A DNA stretch of 64,000 bases, taken from NCBI GenBank assembly GCA_026026165.1, contig JAPEUD010000038.1, positions 1 to 64,000 on the forward strand, written 5' to 3'. The DNA comes from Sarea resinae. Its lineage: Eukaryota. The position numbers were made by a program, and so were the translations under genes. Below, in pieces: positions 23,670 through 34,652 of the stretch; within the stretch, counting starts at the first letter, position 1; each line of letters starts with the position of its first letter. The notes below the pieces were generated by a model, which was not told the DNA's origin, ran no database searches, and was given only the letters and a program-made list of their open reading frames with translations.

Positions 23670-24972
23670 AGTACAGAGTACTAGGACGTAGGAGGGTAGT
23701 CGGCACAGGATTACGTACTGGGTACCGTCGTGTTGGGGGTGGGCAGGTACTCCGTAGTGGACTCTGGACTCCCGAATCCCATCATTGCCAATTCAACGTG
23801 CGCCGTCCCGTCGCCCTGCCGCCTTACCCTGGCGTCCTTACCGAAACAACCTTGACCTTGACTGCCATTTCACCTTCATCTTCACCTTCACCTCGACCTG
23901 AGAGGTACGGCGACTTCGTACAGGGAAAGTACCCAGGCTCGCTCTTACTCGGTCCACACACAGACACCCACACCCACACCCGCTCAATCTTAAACTTGCG
24001 CCTTCTTTGGCCCACCAACCACACCTGAAGCACACCTGACACATTATTGGTACCGTCCCGGGTGGACTTGTTAGGTACGCACGGTACCCGGTACCCATTC
24101 ATCCACTTTCCCTCTTCGCTTTCTTTTCCTTACCGCTCCCTTTCCCCTTCGTCACCACATTCCCTTTCGACCAACAGCCAAACTCCCTCCCTCCATCCCT
24201 CTCACTTCCCACCTCACTCACCTAATCATCATCATCACCGCCACCATCATACCTCCTCTCCTCCACCTCCTCCTCTTCTCTCTTTCCTCCTCTTCTCCGA
24301 CTTCGCTGCTGATATCAAAAGCAAGTCGCTATCCGCTTTCCTGTTACGCGCGGCTAGTCTGCAGTTCGTTGCCTCCTTCCAGGCTTCCGTTTCAAAAGAG
24401 CGAGCGGCCAACTTTTTTCGACATCCGACGAGAGAAGATAATCGAACACGAACGGAGGAGCTTATCAACCATCTACCTCATCTCCTGCCGCTGTATCGCC
24501 TGCTCTTCCTTCCAAGCAAGAGGTCGTCTTGTGGCTCGGGTTCAACGCGTGCCACTCGCCGCTTTCAGTAGCATTCGTCTTGTCCCGCCCATTATTGTGC
24601 TCACTCTACGAAACAACCGTGTTCGACGCCAACTTTGAGATCCTGGAACAACATCGGAGGACCTCTTCTACAGTGAACACAACCGTCGCCGAAGTACGGC
24701 AAGCCTCTACTCATCCTCAATTTACTTTCAGCAGCGTCCAGTCCACATACTACATTCGGCGGCGAGCTATTAACTTAGTTTCGACATCTCCGCCTCATCA
24801 AACGCTCGATATTTCTCTTACTCTTAGAAATTTGCAGAATTCAACATCGTCCAGTCTCGCACGCGACTTCTTTCCAGCATAACTTTTTTTTTCAGACGAG
24901 GACATCAGATTTGCCCTGTTACGCAATAATTCCCCCCCCCCCACGGATTACTTGATAGCACAGGCATCTTGC

Positions 24973-24990
24973 ATGTCGCAAGTTCACTAG
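24973..24990 (+). promoter_or_regulatory. Candidate uORF (MSQVH*) in the clg1 5' leader
   Basis: ATG TCG CAA GTT CAC TAG is the only + strand ATG I found between ~23540 and the clg1 start at 25180. Confidence 0.55.
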
Positions 24991-25179
24991 AATTGTCTTT
25001 GAGAAGCCTCAAAGACTACTCGTCTTGAGAAGTATAAGGGTAGGGAGCCCTAGACCTCGTCCTAGACCTCATCTAGCGACCTGCATAACTTTTTATTCGA
25101 AGTGGCCTGTCTAACGAGACTACAGCGCGGTGTGGACCGTCCCTTTGCTTCTCTTGACAGAAGTTCATTCTTCTTGATC

Positions 25180-26649
25180 ATGCCGTCCTTTTACCCTCGC
25201 ACTCTGCCTCGACAGATGCCCCTCACACCACCCGAATATCTTCCTGGATGTGCTCAAAATCGTTGTGGAGGGATGCAGATCAATCAGATGCAGTATCCGT
25301 CGCATCCGGGCAGAGGTGGCCTACATGAGAAGGCCAGGTACGATCTCGCGGAGCAGTACGGTCCGTCGACTACATTCAACGCCCCTGCTCCCATGGCTTA
25401 TCATCACCCGCCGCCAGCTTACAACGGCGCAGCACCTCCGGGCATCACGCATCCTGGCCAGATCTATGGTTCTGTGGGTGCGCCGGCATTGCCACCTATC
25501 AGGACTCAGGATCCGTCCGGTATGGACATCACCAGTGCACGGCAGCAACGTTCACAGGAGCAGGCTTCGCGATCAGAGAGGCGACCGAAAGAAGAAAAAG
25601 CCGTCGGAGGAGTTGCTGCCCACCTTGATTACGAGATGGATCAGATGGCGGATTTTGTGTCTGAGATGGCACAGGGAATGTATGATCTCTACACCTCTCG
25701 GATCTGCCTCGCAGACATTGACATTCTTCGAAGCGTCCAACCAGGGTCACCTGTTCCCCCGGCTTTCCGGAAATGGGTGTCACAGATCTTGTCATCGACT
25801 CGACTTCCGAGCTCAACCATTCTCCTCGGCCTCTATTACCTGTCGACTAGGATGAGCATGCTTTCGGCTGGTGGCCAATACAAAGCCTCCAGCGGACAAG
25901 TGTATCGTATGCTTACAATTGCTTTAGTACTCGGAAGCAAGTTTTTAGATGACAACACCTTTCAGAATCGTTCCTGGTCCGAGGTGAGCGGCATTGCCGT
26001 CGCAGAGCTCAATGGCCTGGAAATGGAGTGGCTTCTTGCTATCGACTGGAAGCTGCACCTTGATCCAACAGAACAACAAGGGCTCTCTTCTTGGAGGATA
26101 CATTGGGACGAATGGAGACAGGAGATGACGTCACGAAAATCACAGGCCTCGAAGCCTGCGAAACTCAGTCCAATAGACACCAACGTGCAGAGAGTTGGAG
26201 TCCAAAGCCGGACCTTTTCGCCTTCTCCTTCATATAATATACCCTACAGCAAACTCACACCAACCCATGTCGTCTCCGAGCGCCAGCATGTTCAATATCA
26301 GACGCCTTCGCATCTGGATCAATGGCTTTACCCTCGGTCTTCTACTGAGCGATCGCCTCCTTCTGCACCCGAGACGGGTCCGAACACGCCCGAATATTTC
26401 GGTCTTCCAGGGACCTGGTCCTTCAATACCGCCCCTCCGCCGTATTCTCTCCGGTCGATGCCGCCGTCTGCACACCTGGCACATGTGTCATCGCAACCAC
26501 CGTCATACCATCACACCCCATATATGGGGCATTATTCTAACAGCGTCTGGAATGGCCACGGAGCTGGCTGTGGTTGTATGTACTGCGCTAGACATAACGA
26601 GCCGTACTTTATGACTCCTGGCTATGGAATGCAGACAGTCGTGGGCTAG
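25180..26649 (+). CDS. clg1: Pho85-type cyclin-like protein Clg1
   Basis: MPLTPPE, GGVAAHLDYEMDQMADFVSEMAQGMY, FRKWVSQILSSTRLPSSTILLGL, LGSKFLDDNTFQNRSWSEVS and C-terminal HGAGCGCMYC. Probable 5'-UTR intron 25040-25125 (GTAGGG...CTAAC...TACAG). Confidence 0.88.
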   Translation: MPSFYPRTLPRQMPLTPPEYLPGCAQNRCGGMQINQMQYPSHPGRGGLHEKARYDLAEQYGPSTTFNAPAPMAYHHPPPAYNGAAPPGITHPGQIYGSVGAPALPPIRTQDPSGMDITSARQQRSQEQASRSERRPKEEKAVGGVAAHLDYEMDQMADFVSEMAQGMYDLYTSRICLADIDILRSVQPGSPVPPAFRKWVSQILSSTRLPSSTILLGLYYLSTRMSMLSAGGQYKASSGQVYRMLTIALVLGSKFLDDNTFQNRSWSEVSGIAVAELNGLEMEWLLAIDWKLHLDPTEQQGLSSWRIHWDEWRQEMTSRKSQASKPAKLSPIDTNVQRVGVQSRTFSPSPSYNIPYSKLTPTHVVSERQHVQYQTPSHLDQWLYPRSSTERSPPSAPETGPNTPEYFGLPGTWSFNTAPPPYSLRSMPPSAHLAHVSSQPPSYHHTPYMGHYSNSVWNGHGAGCGCMYCARHNEPYFMTPGYGMQTVVG

Positions 26650-27952
26650 TACCGAAGGCAATCATGTCAAGACGTCTGTCTGGAGACATGCATCCGTCAT
26701 TTCGACCCGCGGATCGAATCTTTGCTCTCTGGAACATAGTCATCAAAGACCAGACTACAAAAGTGCTCTTTTCTCTTCTACCCCAGCATTGCGATGGGAG
26801 GGTCAGATTTTAATGCGTTCACTGCAAGCGTCGTGCATTTTCAGTTTCTCAGCAGTTTTTCATGTTTCCGAGGTGGATATCAACGCAATGTCTGCACTAA
26901 AAGTGTCATTTGGAATGGAAAATGGGGTTTCTCCTTTGTTGGTTCCTTATTCGTTTCCTTTTCGTGTTCCTGCCTTCATCTCCAGACGGCATCCGCTTGG
27001 TCCCTAAGCGTCCGGTACCGCTTTCTTCCCCATACATAGCTTATGAGTTTTGTCGACGAAATTCTTCACGACTCCAGTTTTCGCTACTTTTTCTTGTGGT
27101 TACTTCTCTTTTTCTCTCTTACTGAAAGACTTTTCTCGACCCGGTTGGAACTTTTTTTCTTCAGTGGTTTTTTCGCGCGCATCGTCAGCTTAGATCTCCT
27201 GACGTCTGGTCCGTTTGGTGGGATATGTGGTTTCTAACGTCTTCTCCGTGATCTTCCTTTCAATTGTCAAAGAATGTTAATGCCTAGTACCATGCTGGGC
27301 TTTTTTCCCCTCCGGTCCACGCTGCGGAAAATACAGCTGCCAAAAGGGCTTGCGGTCTTACTCTCGCGGGAGAGGCAGTATACTCGGGGCATAACTTGGA
27401 CCTAGTGGGGTGTATTTAGTGTGAAAGGAGGTAGCCGTATGAGGTGGCGCCTCGTCCGTTTTACTCAAATTTCTCGTTATTGTTTTGTAATCAGGTGGTG
27501 GATTCGGATGGAGGGTTTTGTCGGGAATTGGGGATTCTCAGGTGGGATATGTGGAGTTCTTTTCTCATCACGCAAATCGTGGTCAGTGGGGTGCTTTTTT
27601 AACAGGCAGAGAAGGCTTTGGCCTTCGGTCAAGAAGAAAAAAAAAATTCGAAAACCATCCATCACTGTTGCATCATTCTAGTTTTTGTGCCTTCGTCTCT
27701 TGTCTGCACATGTCAATCGTATCTGATCTGAGTCGCTGCAAAGATACTTGTAATTTTGATCGTGGAGACTGGTGATTTTCTTAGCTAGAAAGTTATCTCT
27801 TTACTTCATCTCTAGCTAGCTACTATAGGAAAAGACCCAGCGACAAATATCAACCATGCCATGATGCTTGCAGAAGTTCTAAATAGAACGCAAAAAGGAA
27901 GATGACTATCGACTGCTGCCATCAGGCTGACCTCAATCCCTCGATGAAAGGA

Positions 27953-29485
27953 CTATGAATACATTCCCAACGTCTCCTTGCGCTTTGCTTGAACCTCGGC
28001 GATTGCGTCGACGTAGTGCTCATGACTGATCTTCGTCTGGCTGGTCCGTAGAGCTATCATACCAGCCTCGACGCAGACAGCCTTCAGTTGGGCACCGCCA
28101 AACTCGTCCGTGCTCCGGGCCAGCTCGGGCCAGTTGACGGCGTCGTCGACGGTCATCTTGCGGGAATGGATCTTCAGGATCTGGGCGCGGGCCTCCTCGT
28201 TGGGGAGGGGGAATTCGATCTTGCGGTCAAGACGGCCGGATCGAAGCAGGGCCGGGTCGAGAACATCGACACGGTTGGTGGCGGCGAGAACCTTGACGCG
28301 GTCGTCGCTGGCGAAGCCGTCGAGCTGATTCAATAGCTCCAGCATGGTCCGCTGCACTTCGCGGTCACCAGATTTCTCGGAGTCGAATCGTTTTGTGCCG
28401 ACTGCGTCGAGCTCGTCAATAAAGATAATTGAAGGCGCCTTTTCCTTCGCTAACGCGAAGCAATCTCGCACCAGCTTCGCACCGTCACCAATGAACATTT
28501 GTACTAATTGTGGCCCGGCGAGCTTGAGGAAGGTGGCATCAGTCTGGGCAGCGCAGGCTCGCGCCAAGAGGGTTTTTCCTGTCCCTGGAGGGCCGTACAT
28601 CAGGGCTCCTGTAATGATGGTCAGCGGTGGTAATGTGTACAAATGCCCTCAGATGCTAACGAACCTTTTGGTGCTTTGATGCCGATTTTCTTGAATCTCT
28701 CGGCTTCCTTCATTGGCCATACCACAGCTTCTACTAGCTCCTCGATCTGCTTGGTCAAACCACCCACATCCGTATATTTCTCCGTAGGCTTCTCGTCAAC
28801 CTCCATCGCCTTGACTCTGCTGTCGTATTCGGCAGGTAATGTGTCCAGAACCAAATACGAATCCTTATTAACACCGATCAGGTCACCGGGCTTCAGCTGC
28901 TCGGGATCAACGAGACCTATTAAGGGGAGAAAGATGGTCTGTCTCGTAGAAGTTTTGATGACGGCGGATTTACCGACGCGGGTGGCGTCGAGATCGATGT
29001 TTGCCCCTTCCTCGGCAGCCTCTGCTGTGACATCAAGATCTAGAAGTTCGACAACGTTGCCGACGAGGTAGGGCAGTTGTCTGGAATACGATCCGTTAGC
29101 TTATAATGCCGCTACGACGTTGGCCACCACGACGATCATCAGCCTCAATCCCGGGGACGAACCTGTTGTTGGCAATCTTGTCCAGATTATCCTTGATCTT
29201 CTCATTCATCGCCGCCTTCTCATGCGTTAGCCGCGAGAACTCGCTCTTCATGATTCTCATATCGTTTTCTAGTAGCCGTTTTCGGTTGCTAATGTCTCGT
29301 GTGCTAGAATTCAAGATCTCGGCGTCGATCAGGTCCTCTTCCTTTTCATCTTCCTTCTTGTCCGTCTCGGCATCCTTCATCTCAGCGTCGCCGCCTTGGT
29401 TGGCCTTCTTGTCGTCCTTGCCATCATCCTTCTTGTCTTCCTTGCCTTCGCGTTCGAGGTCGTCGAGATCTTCTAGGGTCGACAT
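27953..29485 (-). CDS. rpt5: 26S proteasome AAA-ATPase subunit Rpt5 (6A), 3 exons
   Basis: [70 protein letters not shown] and [14 protein letters not shown]. Confidence 0.96.
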
Positions 29486-30083
29486 GATGTGTTCAACTTC
29501 TGTCTCGTAGAAAGGTGGTGTATAGATTCGAGAGGTTCAAAGAGTGAAGCGGAGATTCGAGTGGCTCGGGTGCGCGGCAGTGGTGGGCGTTGGGTGGTGG
29601 ATTGAGAGCTTGATGAATGAGAGGGTGGTTATCGATGTTGGTAAGGAAGGCAAGGTAGGTAGACAGAGGTATGGCGCTGCAGCTGCTATCATCGTCAGTC
29701 GTTGGACAGGCAGACAGACCGAATCGAGCACGTAAGCTTCACCGTAGCTTAGCGAGCAAGAGAGCTTCGTATCCGTACTGTACTGACACCCTATAGTCCA
29801 GGTACTCTGGATCAAAGTAGATTCAACGGTAGTCTACGAGCAGAGGTACTCGATGTGAAGGTATCTAATTCATCGGTGTACTATGTATTGCGTAGTAATT
29901 CATCTCCTCTGCAGTTCTCAAGCAGCACAACATCAATCGTTTTCAAAGCTTTCTCCCTGCATGGTACGAGGCTATGAGGGTGAGGAGCATGAAGAGGCCT
30001 GATTCCGGACACTATGTGCCGAACTTGAATATGCTATAGCCTTTCCGCACCTTGGATTGCTACCTCCAGCCTGTTTACTATAT

Positions 30084-32005
30084 CTATATCGACTTCAAAA
30101 CATCGGATCGGCTCCAATTCGTCATGCGATAACGCGATATGAAGTCGTCCCGGTTGACTAAAGTTTCCGCATCAGTATGTCTTCAACGCTTTAGTCGACG
30201 ATGGTTTGCTTTACCATAACCGCCACAAAGCCTTCTCTTTCCAGTGAAAGCCGATCTTCCGTGTAGGACCCTCCAATTGTCGAAGACTGCCGCCGAGCCT
30301 TTTCAGCACGGTTTGTTATAGCAAGGAGCACGAACCACTTACTGAGAGGTCTTCCTGGCCGGAGTTGCTCCCAATACTCACTGCTGTTTCTTCTTAGGAT
30401 CTCTGCCCATCTCCTTGCCGCATCATACCACTCTTCCACCTGCTGCTCACTAGTCCACTCATCCATAGTCGCTCTATCATCGTTGTTCCATCTGATTAAT
30501 GCCAATTCGCCCGTGACAGGATGATGGTTCAGCACCGGAAAGGAAGAATAAGGCTGAATGCTTATGCCCTCATTACCACTTGCATGGGTGGGAACACGGA
30601 CATCACTGAGCACTTGATAAGCTTCAGGTGACTCTTCCTTCAATATATGCGCTGCTCGGAACCCGTCCACGAGTAGGGAGGCGCCTCCCTCACCGTGAGT
30701 GTGAGATAGAAGATGGAACATCTGCAACCCCGCAGGGTCGGAAAAATAAGTCGTATCCGTGTGGGCTCCAAGTGCGATTGATGTGTAAGCTGTGTCTTTC
30801 AAGGAGAGATCCGATGTGAAGTCCCAAAAACCACCTAGAAAAGAGGTTTAGCCATGACTCTTCCGGACATATCTAGTGTCTTACCGTAGTGAGTATGGCG
30901 GATGAAGGCTATTCGCTCCAAGAGCTTCTCTGTCGCTTCAGGGGTGACCGGGCACCCGTCGACGTAAGAGAAGCCGTACCGATGCTGTGATATGTTATTG
31001 AAAGATGCACATTTGATGGCGCAGCAAGCATACAATGTTTGATACCCATCTCCTGACTCCGTTGTCCGAGTTCATCACCTCTTTGTATGGAACAGTCGGA
31101 GATTTGTTCTGAATCCCGCAGCCCCAGAACAAGCGACTTGCGGATTTCAGCAAAAAGGTCTCTTGATGCAAGAAGATACTTACTCAGCTTGCTCAAATCC
31201 TGGCGATAGTCTAGGGTTGTAGGAATGCATCTCAAGCCAGTCCCAAGGATAGAAACTTTCATGTTGGTTATGGTCCCCTATTAATTGTTAGTCAACCTGC
31301 GGTGAACAGAATGTGGCCTATCGAACAAAACACTCTCAAGCCGTCTGCTTCAGCAAATGCACATTTTGCCCGGATGTCTTTTGGAATCTGCATCGTGGTT
31401 AGCATCGGAATGCATCTGTGGTAAACGACCATACTGTGAAAGTATCGACGAGCCTCTGGCGTGTGTCTTCATGCATGCATTCTTTGCATTGACAATGGTC
31501 TCTTCAAAACCGTAAGTCTTTGTTTGCGTACGAACGGGAGTGAGCATCAGTAGACCTTAGCCATAAATTATGACTGTAATTATGTTAGCGATGCTGCTTG
31601 AATCTTAGGACGTGATCATCGGGTTATTACAATGCGGTGTGGCCATTCTTATGCCATTTCACCTTGAGGAATCTGTGGTCGAAAGCTACATCATGCTCCT
31701 GGGAAGAGGCTTTGACGCTCAAGCGGCGGCATTTAGACCGACGCCCTGAATTACTATTCTTGCTAGCAGAGACCACGGCGGTAGCCTCCTCGGGTGATTA
31801 GTCCCAGATTTGAAGCTATACAGACGTTGGCACTTACGTTGGCACCTACAGTGGCCAAGCTTCTATGAACCGAGGACAGCCGGTTTCCATTTCCGAAGCA
31901 ATGCGGGCCGGCAGAACGCCTGTAGCACTTCAATAAGCAACTGATCGTACCATTCTAGCACATAGTCGTGAGATCTTACAGTGCCTTTGTTCGCCAAGCG
32001 TTCAT
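30084..32005 (-). CDS. Trimethyllysine dioxygenase (TauD/BBOX-like Fe/2OG enzyme, carnitine biosynthesis), many exons; start approximate
   Basis: LRDHCQCKECMHEDTRQR, YGFSYVDGCP, LLERIAFIRHTHYG, DTAYT..LGAHTDTTYF (HxD), LLVDGF, IRWNNDDR, FDNWRVLHGRSAF and NRDDFISR. The predicted spliced N-terminus resembles a mitochondrial presequence. Confidence 0.85.
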
Positions 32006-32757
32006 TGTGGACAGTACTCAGGGTTCTATTCATGCCGAACGCTGGATATTGGTCGTGATGATCTATCAGAACGCATACTAGATAGGGAGGGGCACCGAGC
32101 AGTTCATACGCGAAAATGCCCCTCATTAGCATGCTCCGTTGTTGTGACTCCGCAAACTACCCTATTCATGGTAGTCGATTGTAGATCATTAGTGTATACT
32201 CCGTGGAGTCCTAATCTTTTTGAACCCGTAACATCAAATGGACCGGCATTAGTCACCCTTGAAAGTCTTATTACTGCGATACTAGTTTCTAATGTTGAGA
32301 ACTGTGGTTGTACCTTGGCCATTTACCTCTATTACCTATGTGATGAGGAGGGGTTACAGTCTATCGATGGATGTCTATCGCCTTGCTGATAAATGGCGGA
32401 ATGGAAGGTTTGTTTGAGCATGATCACCAATTTTCCAAGGACGTCCTCATCATTTCCTTTCCATTGTGTAAATAATAGCCCATCGCAAATTCCGCTTCAT
32501 CAGATCTGCCAGTCCATCACTGCTTCTAGGCAACTAGGGAGGCACCCACGAAAGGGATGTCTTACTGTACTAGGACAGTGGGTATTGCCACCTAGCAACA
32601 ATTTCTCCGGCGAAAATGTCCAGTGTTGCGTTTGCCAAACTCGATCCCGTTTCGCCGTCATTCAGCTGCGAACCTCGAAGTGCGGAAGAAGCCACATGAG
32701 GCGCGAGTGATCTTCGTAAAACATCATTCAAGGAAAAGTAAACCCATCCTTCTCAGA

Positions 32758-33576
32758 TCACAAGCTCTGGTCAACCATCTCGGAGGCCAGGTAGGCCGCG
32801 AATCCACTTTCAATCGAGGCAGAAAACGCGATGAAGAACGCCATGGCGCTAGACACAGGCGGCGGACAGCGGTGAACAATTGCCTTTACATCCAAATTTT
32901 GAAGTCCCTTAACCGCAACCAAGTCTCTCGCCCATTCCAGATCTGCACAGCTATGCTTGACAAGCGACTGAAAGTCTAGTTTGCTATACGTTTGGACTCC
33001 ATCCCATCCAGTTGACGGTCGACCCGCAAATATACCAAGTTCCAAATGCGATAGGTTGGTCGCCTCTGAAAGGACACTGCAGAGGGCAGCCCATTCGAGC
33101 CGATCATACTCTCTGTCAAAGGGGAGCGGACGCTTGACAATTCTGATCCTCTTCATCGCAGCTACTGCATCCGATGTGCGATCTTTGAGAAACGGAGAGA
33201 CGGCTTCGACGTCAACATAAAAATCGAACGTGTTTTCCGAATAAAGGACCGGGAGTGCTTCTTGGTGGCTCTTTCGACTAACGGCCAGGATGGCAGGGTG
33301 CAAGTCTGGGTTGTTCGAAAGGCAGTAGGTCGTTTCAAGACACCGTCCTCGAAAGCGGCCAGACATGATCCAGTATGTCGTCCGGTGACGCTGCAGGGGT
33401 TTCCTGAGTGCAAAGACAGATGGGTCTTCTGATCTGATACGGAGTACATCGTCGTCTACCATTAGATGTCTGTAGATCTTGAGACGAATCTCCGCAGGCA
33501 GATTCATCAATCGTGACTTCTCCATCTTCGGTGGTTGCGATATTGGAACCTTGAGGCTGGTAGCCGGTTCAGCCAT
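32758..33576 (-). CDS. F-box-like domain protein (conserved fungal hypothetical)
   Basis: SRLMNLPAEIRLKIYRHL, then AILAVSRKSHQEALPVLYSENTFDF, typical of fungal F-box-like proteins. 272-aa intronless ORF. Confidence 0.7.
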   Translation of the reverse strand: MAEPATSLKVPISQPPKMEKSRLMNLPAEIRLKIYRHLMVDDDVLRIRSEDPSVFALRKPLQRHRTTYWIMSGRFRGRCLETTYCLSNNPDLHPAILAVSRKSHQEALPVLYSENTFDFYVDVEAVSPFLKDRTSDAVAAMKRIRIVKRPLPFDREYDRLEWAALCSVLSEATNLSHLELGIFAGRPSTGWDGVQTYSKLDFQSLVKHSCADLEWARDLVAVKGLQNLDVKAIVHRCPPPVSSAMAFFIAFSASIESGFAAYLASEMVDQSL

Positions 33577-34652
33577 TGAATCGTTCGAATAGAGCGCCGG
33601 CCACTTCCTCCGAGCTGCAACGCTGGACCTTTATATGAGCCGACAGCATATTTGGCATCAATTGTGATATATCCACATTGAGCCACGATGTTCTGGATAT
33701 TATATGAAGCCAATAAGATGCGTACGGTTAATAGAGCATTATCCAGAGCTATACCAAGGTGTGCTTCCCTCTCCAAGGGAGACCGGCAACCTGATCAAGC
33801 AACTGGGCTGACAGACTCCGCAGCCCGGTGGGGAACGAGGGAAGTGCCAAACGATTACCCCGATCTTGGTAGAGGAGCGCTGAGAGCACGAGAAAATATG
33901 GATCTTATCGCGGAGATACCTTAACTGGAATCATCGGCACATGCTACGGCATATGGCTGTTACCTAAAGCGCAACTCTGCCGACACGTAGTAGCTGCTAT
34001 CTGGGTTGGACGCGAGCACCGTACTGGGCTAGTTCGGTACGAAGTACTTGAGTTAGCTTAGGTAAGCGGGCACATCGCCACGTAATGGAAGGTAAGGTAC
34101 CTACTCTGGCGTACCTACTGTGAAGTTCGCTTAGTCATGCCAGCCACGCGCTTTACCACCAGCCATCGCGCCCGTCGCGCCCATTGCGCCCGCCAACCGT
34201 TGATCTGTATTGACCGTCAACGCTGGTTTGCCAGCCACACAACTCAGCACTGTCCACTGATTCAGGGCCCAGCCTTTCGGATTCTTCGTGGCCTTCAAAT
34301 CACATTCGTCCTCAACAGATTAATCATGGCGGCTCACCAGCACCATGATTTCACTCTCTCATCTGTGCCAGCCTCCAATATTCCATTAGCCGTGGAATAT
34401 TGTTCTATTTATCGTCTGTCTTTGTGTCTTCTGTTCACCATTCTCAACACATTCTTCCTGTACAGTCTCAGAAATCATAGCAACGAGCTTCCAAACGTCT
34501 CCAGAAGCTTGACGACATTATTGACGTACAGCACGATTTGCAAAGTCGCTTGATCCTCTCTTTCTTCAAGATACTATCATCGTTCACCCACCCTTGTTTT
34601 CCTCGGCTTGTTGAGCTGTCTCCTATCCGCCCTCGAAGTCCGAACCTCCAAT

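Noticed and set aside
24047..24882. 174-aa and 117-aa ORFs upstream of clg1
   Set aside because: Non-ATG starts that translate simple repeats; better explained as promoter and leader sequence.
29500..29820. Rpn4/PACE element upstream of rpt5
   Set aside because: No exact GGTGGCAAA-type site found; only partial matches.
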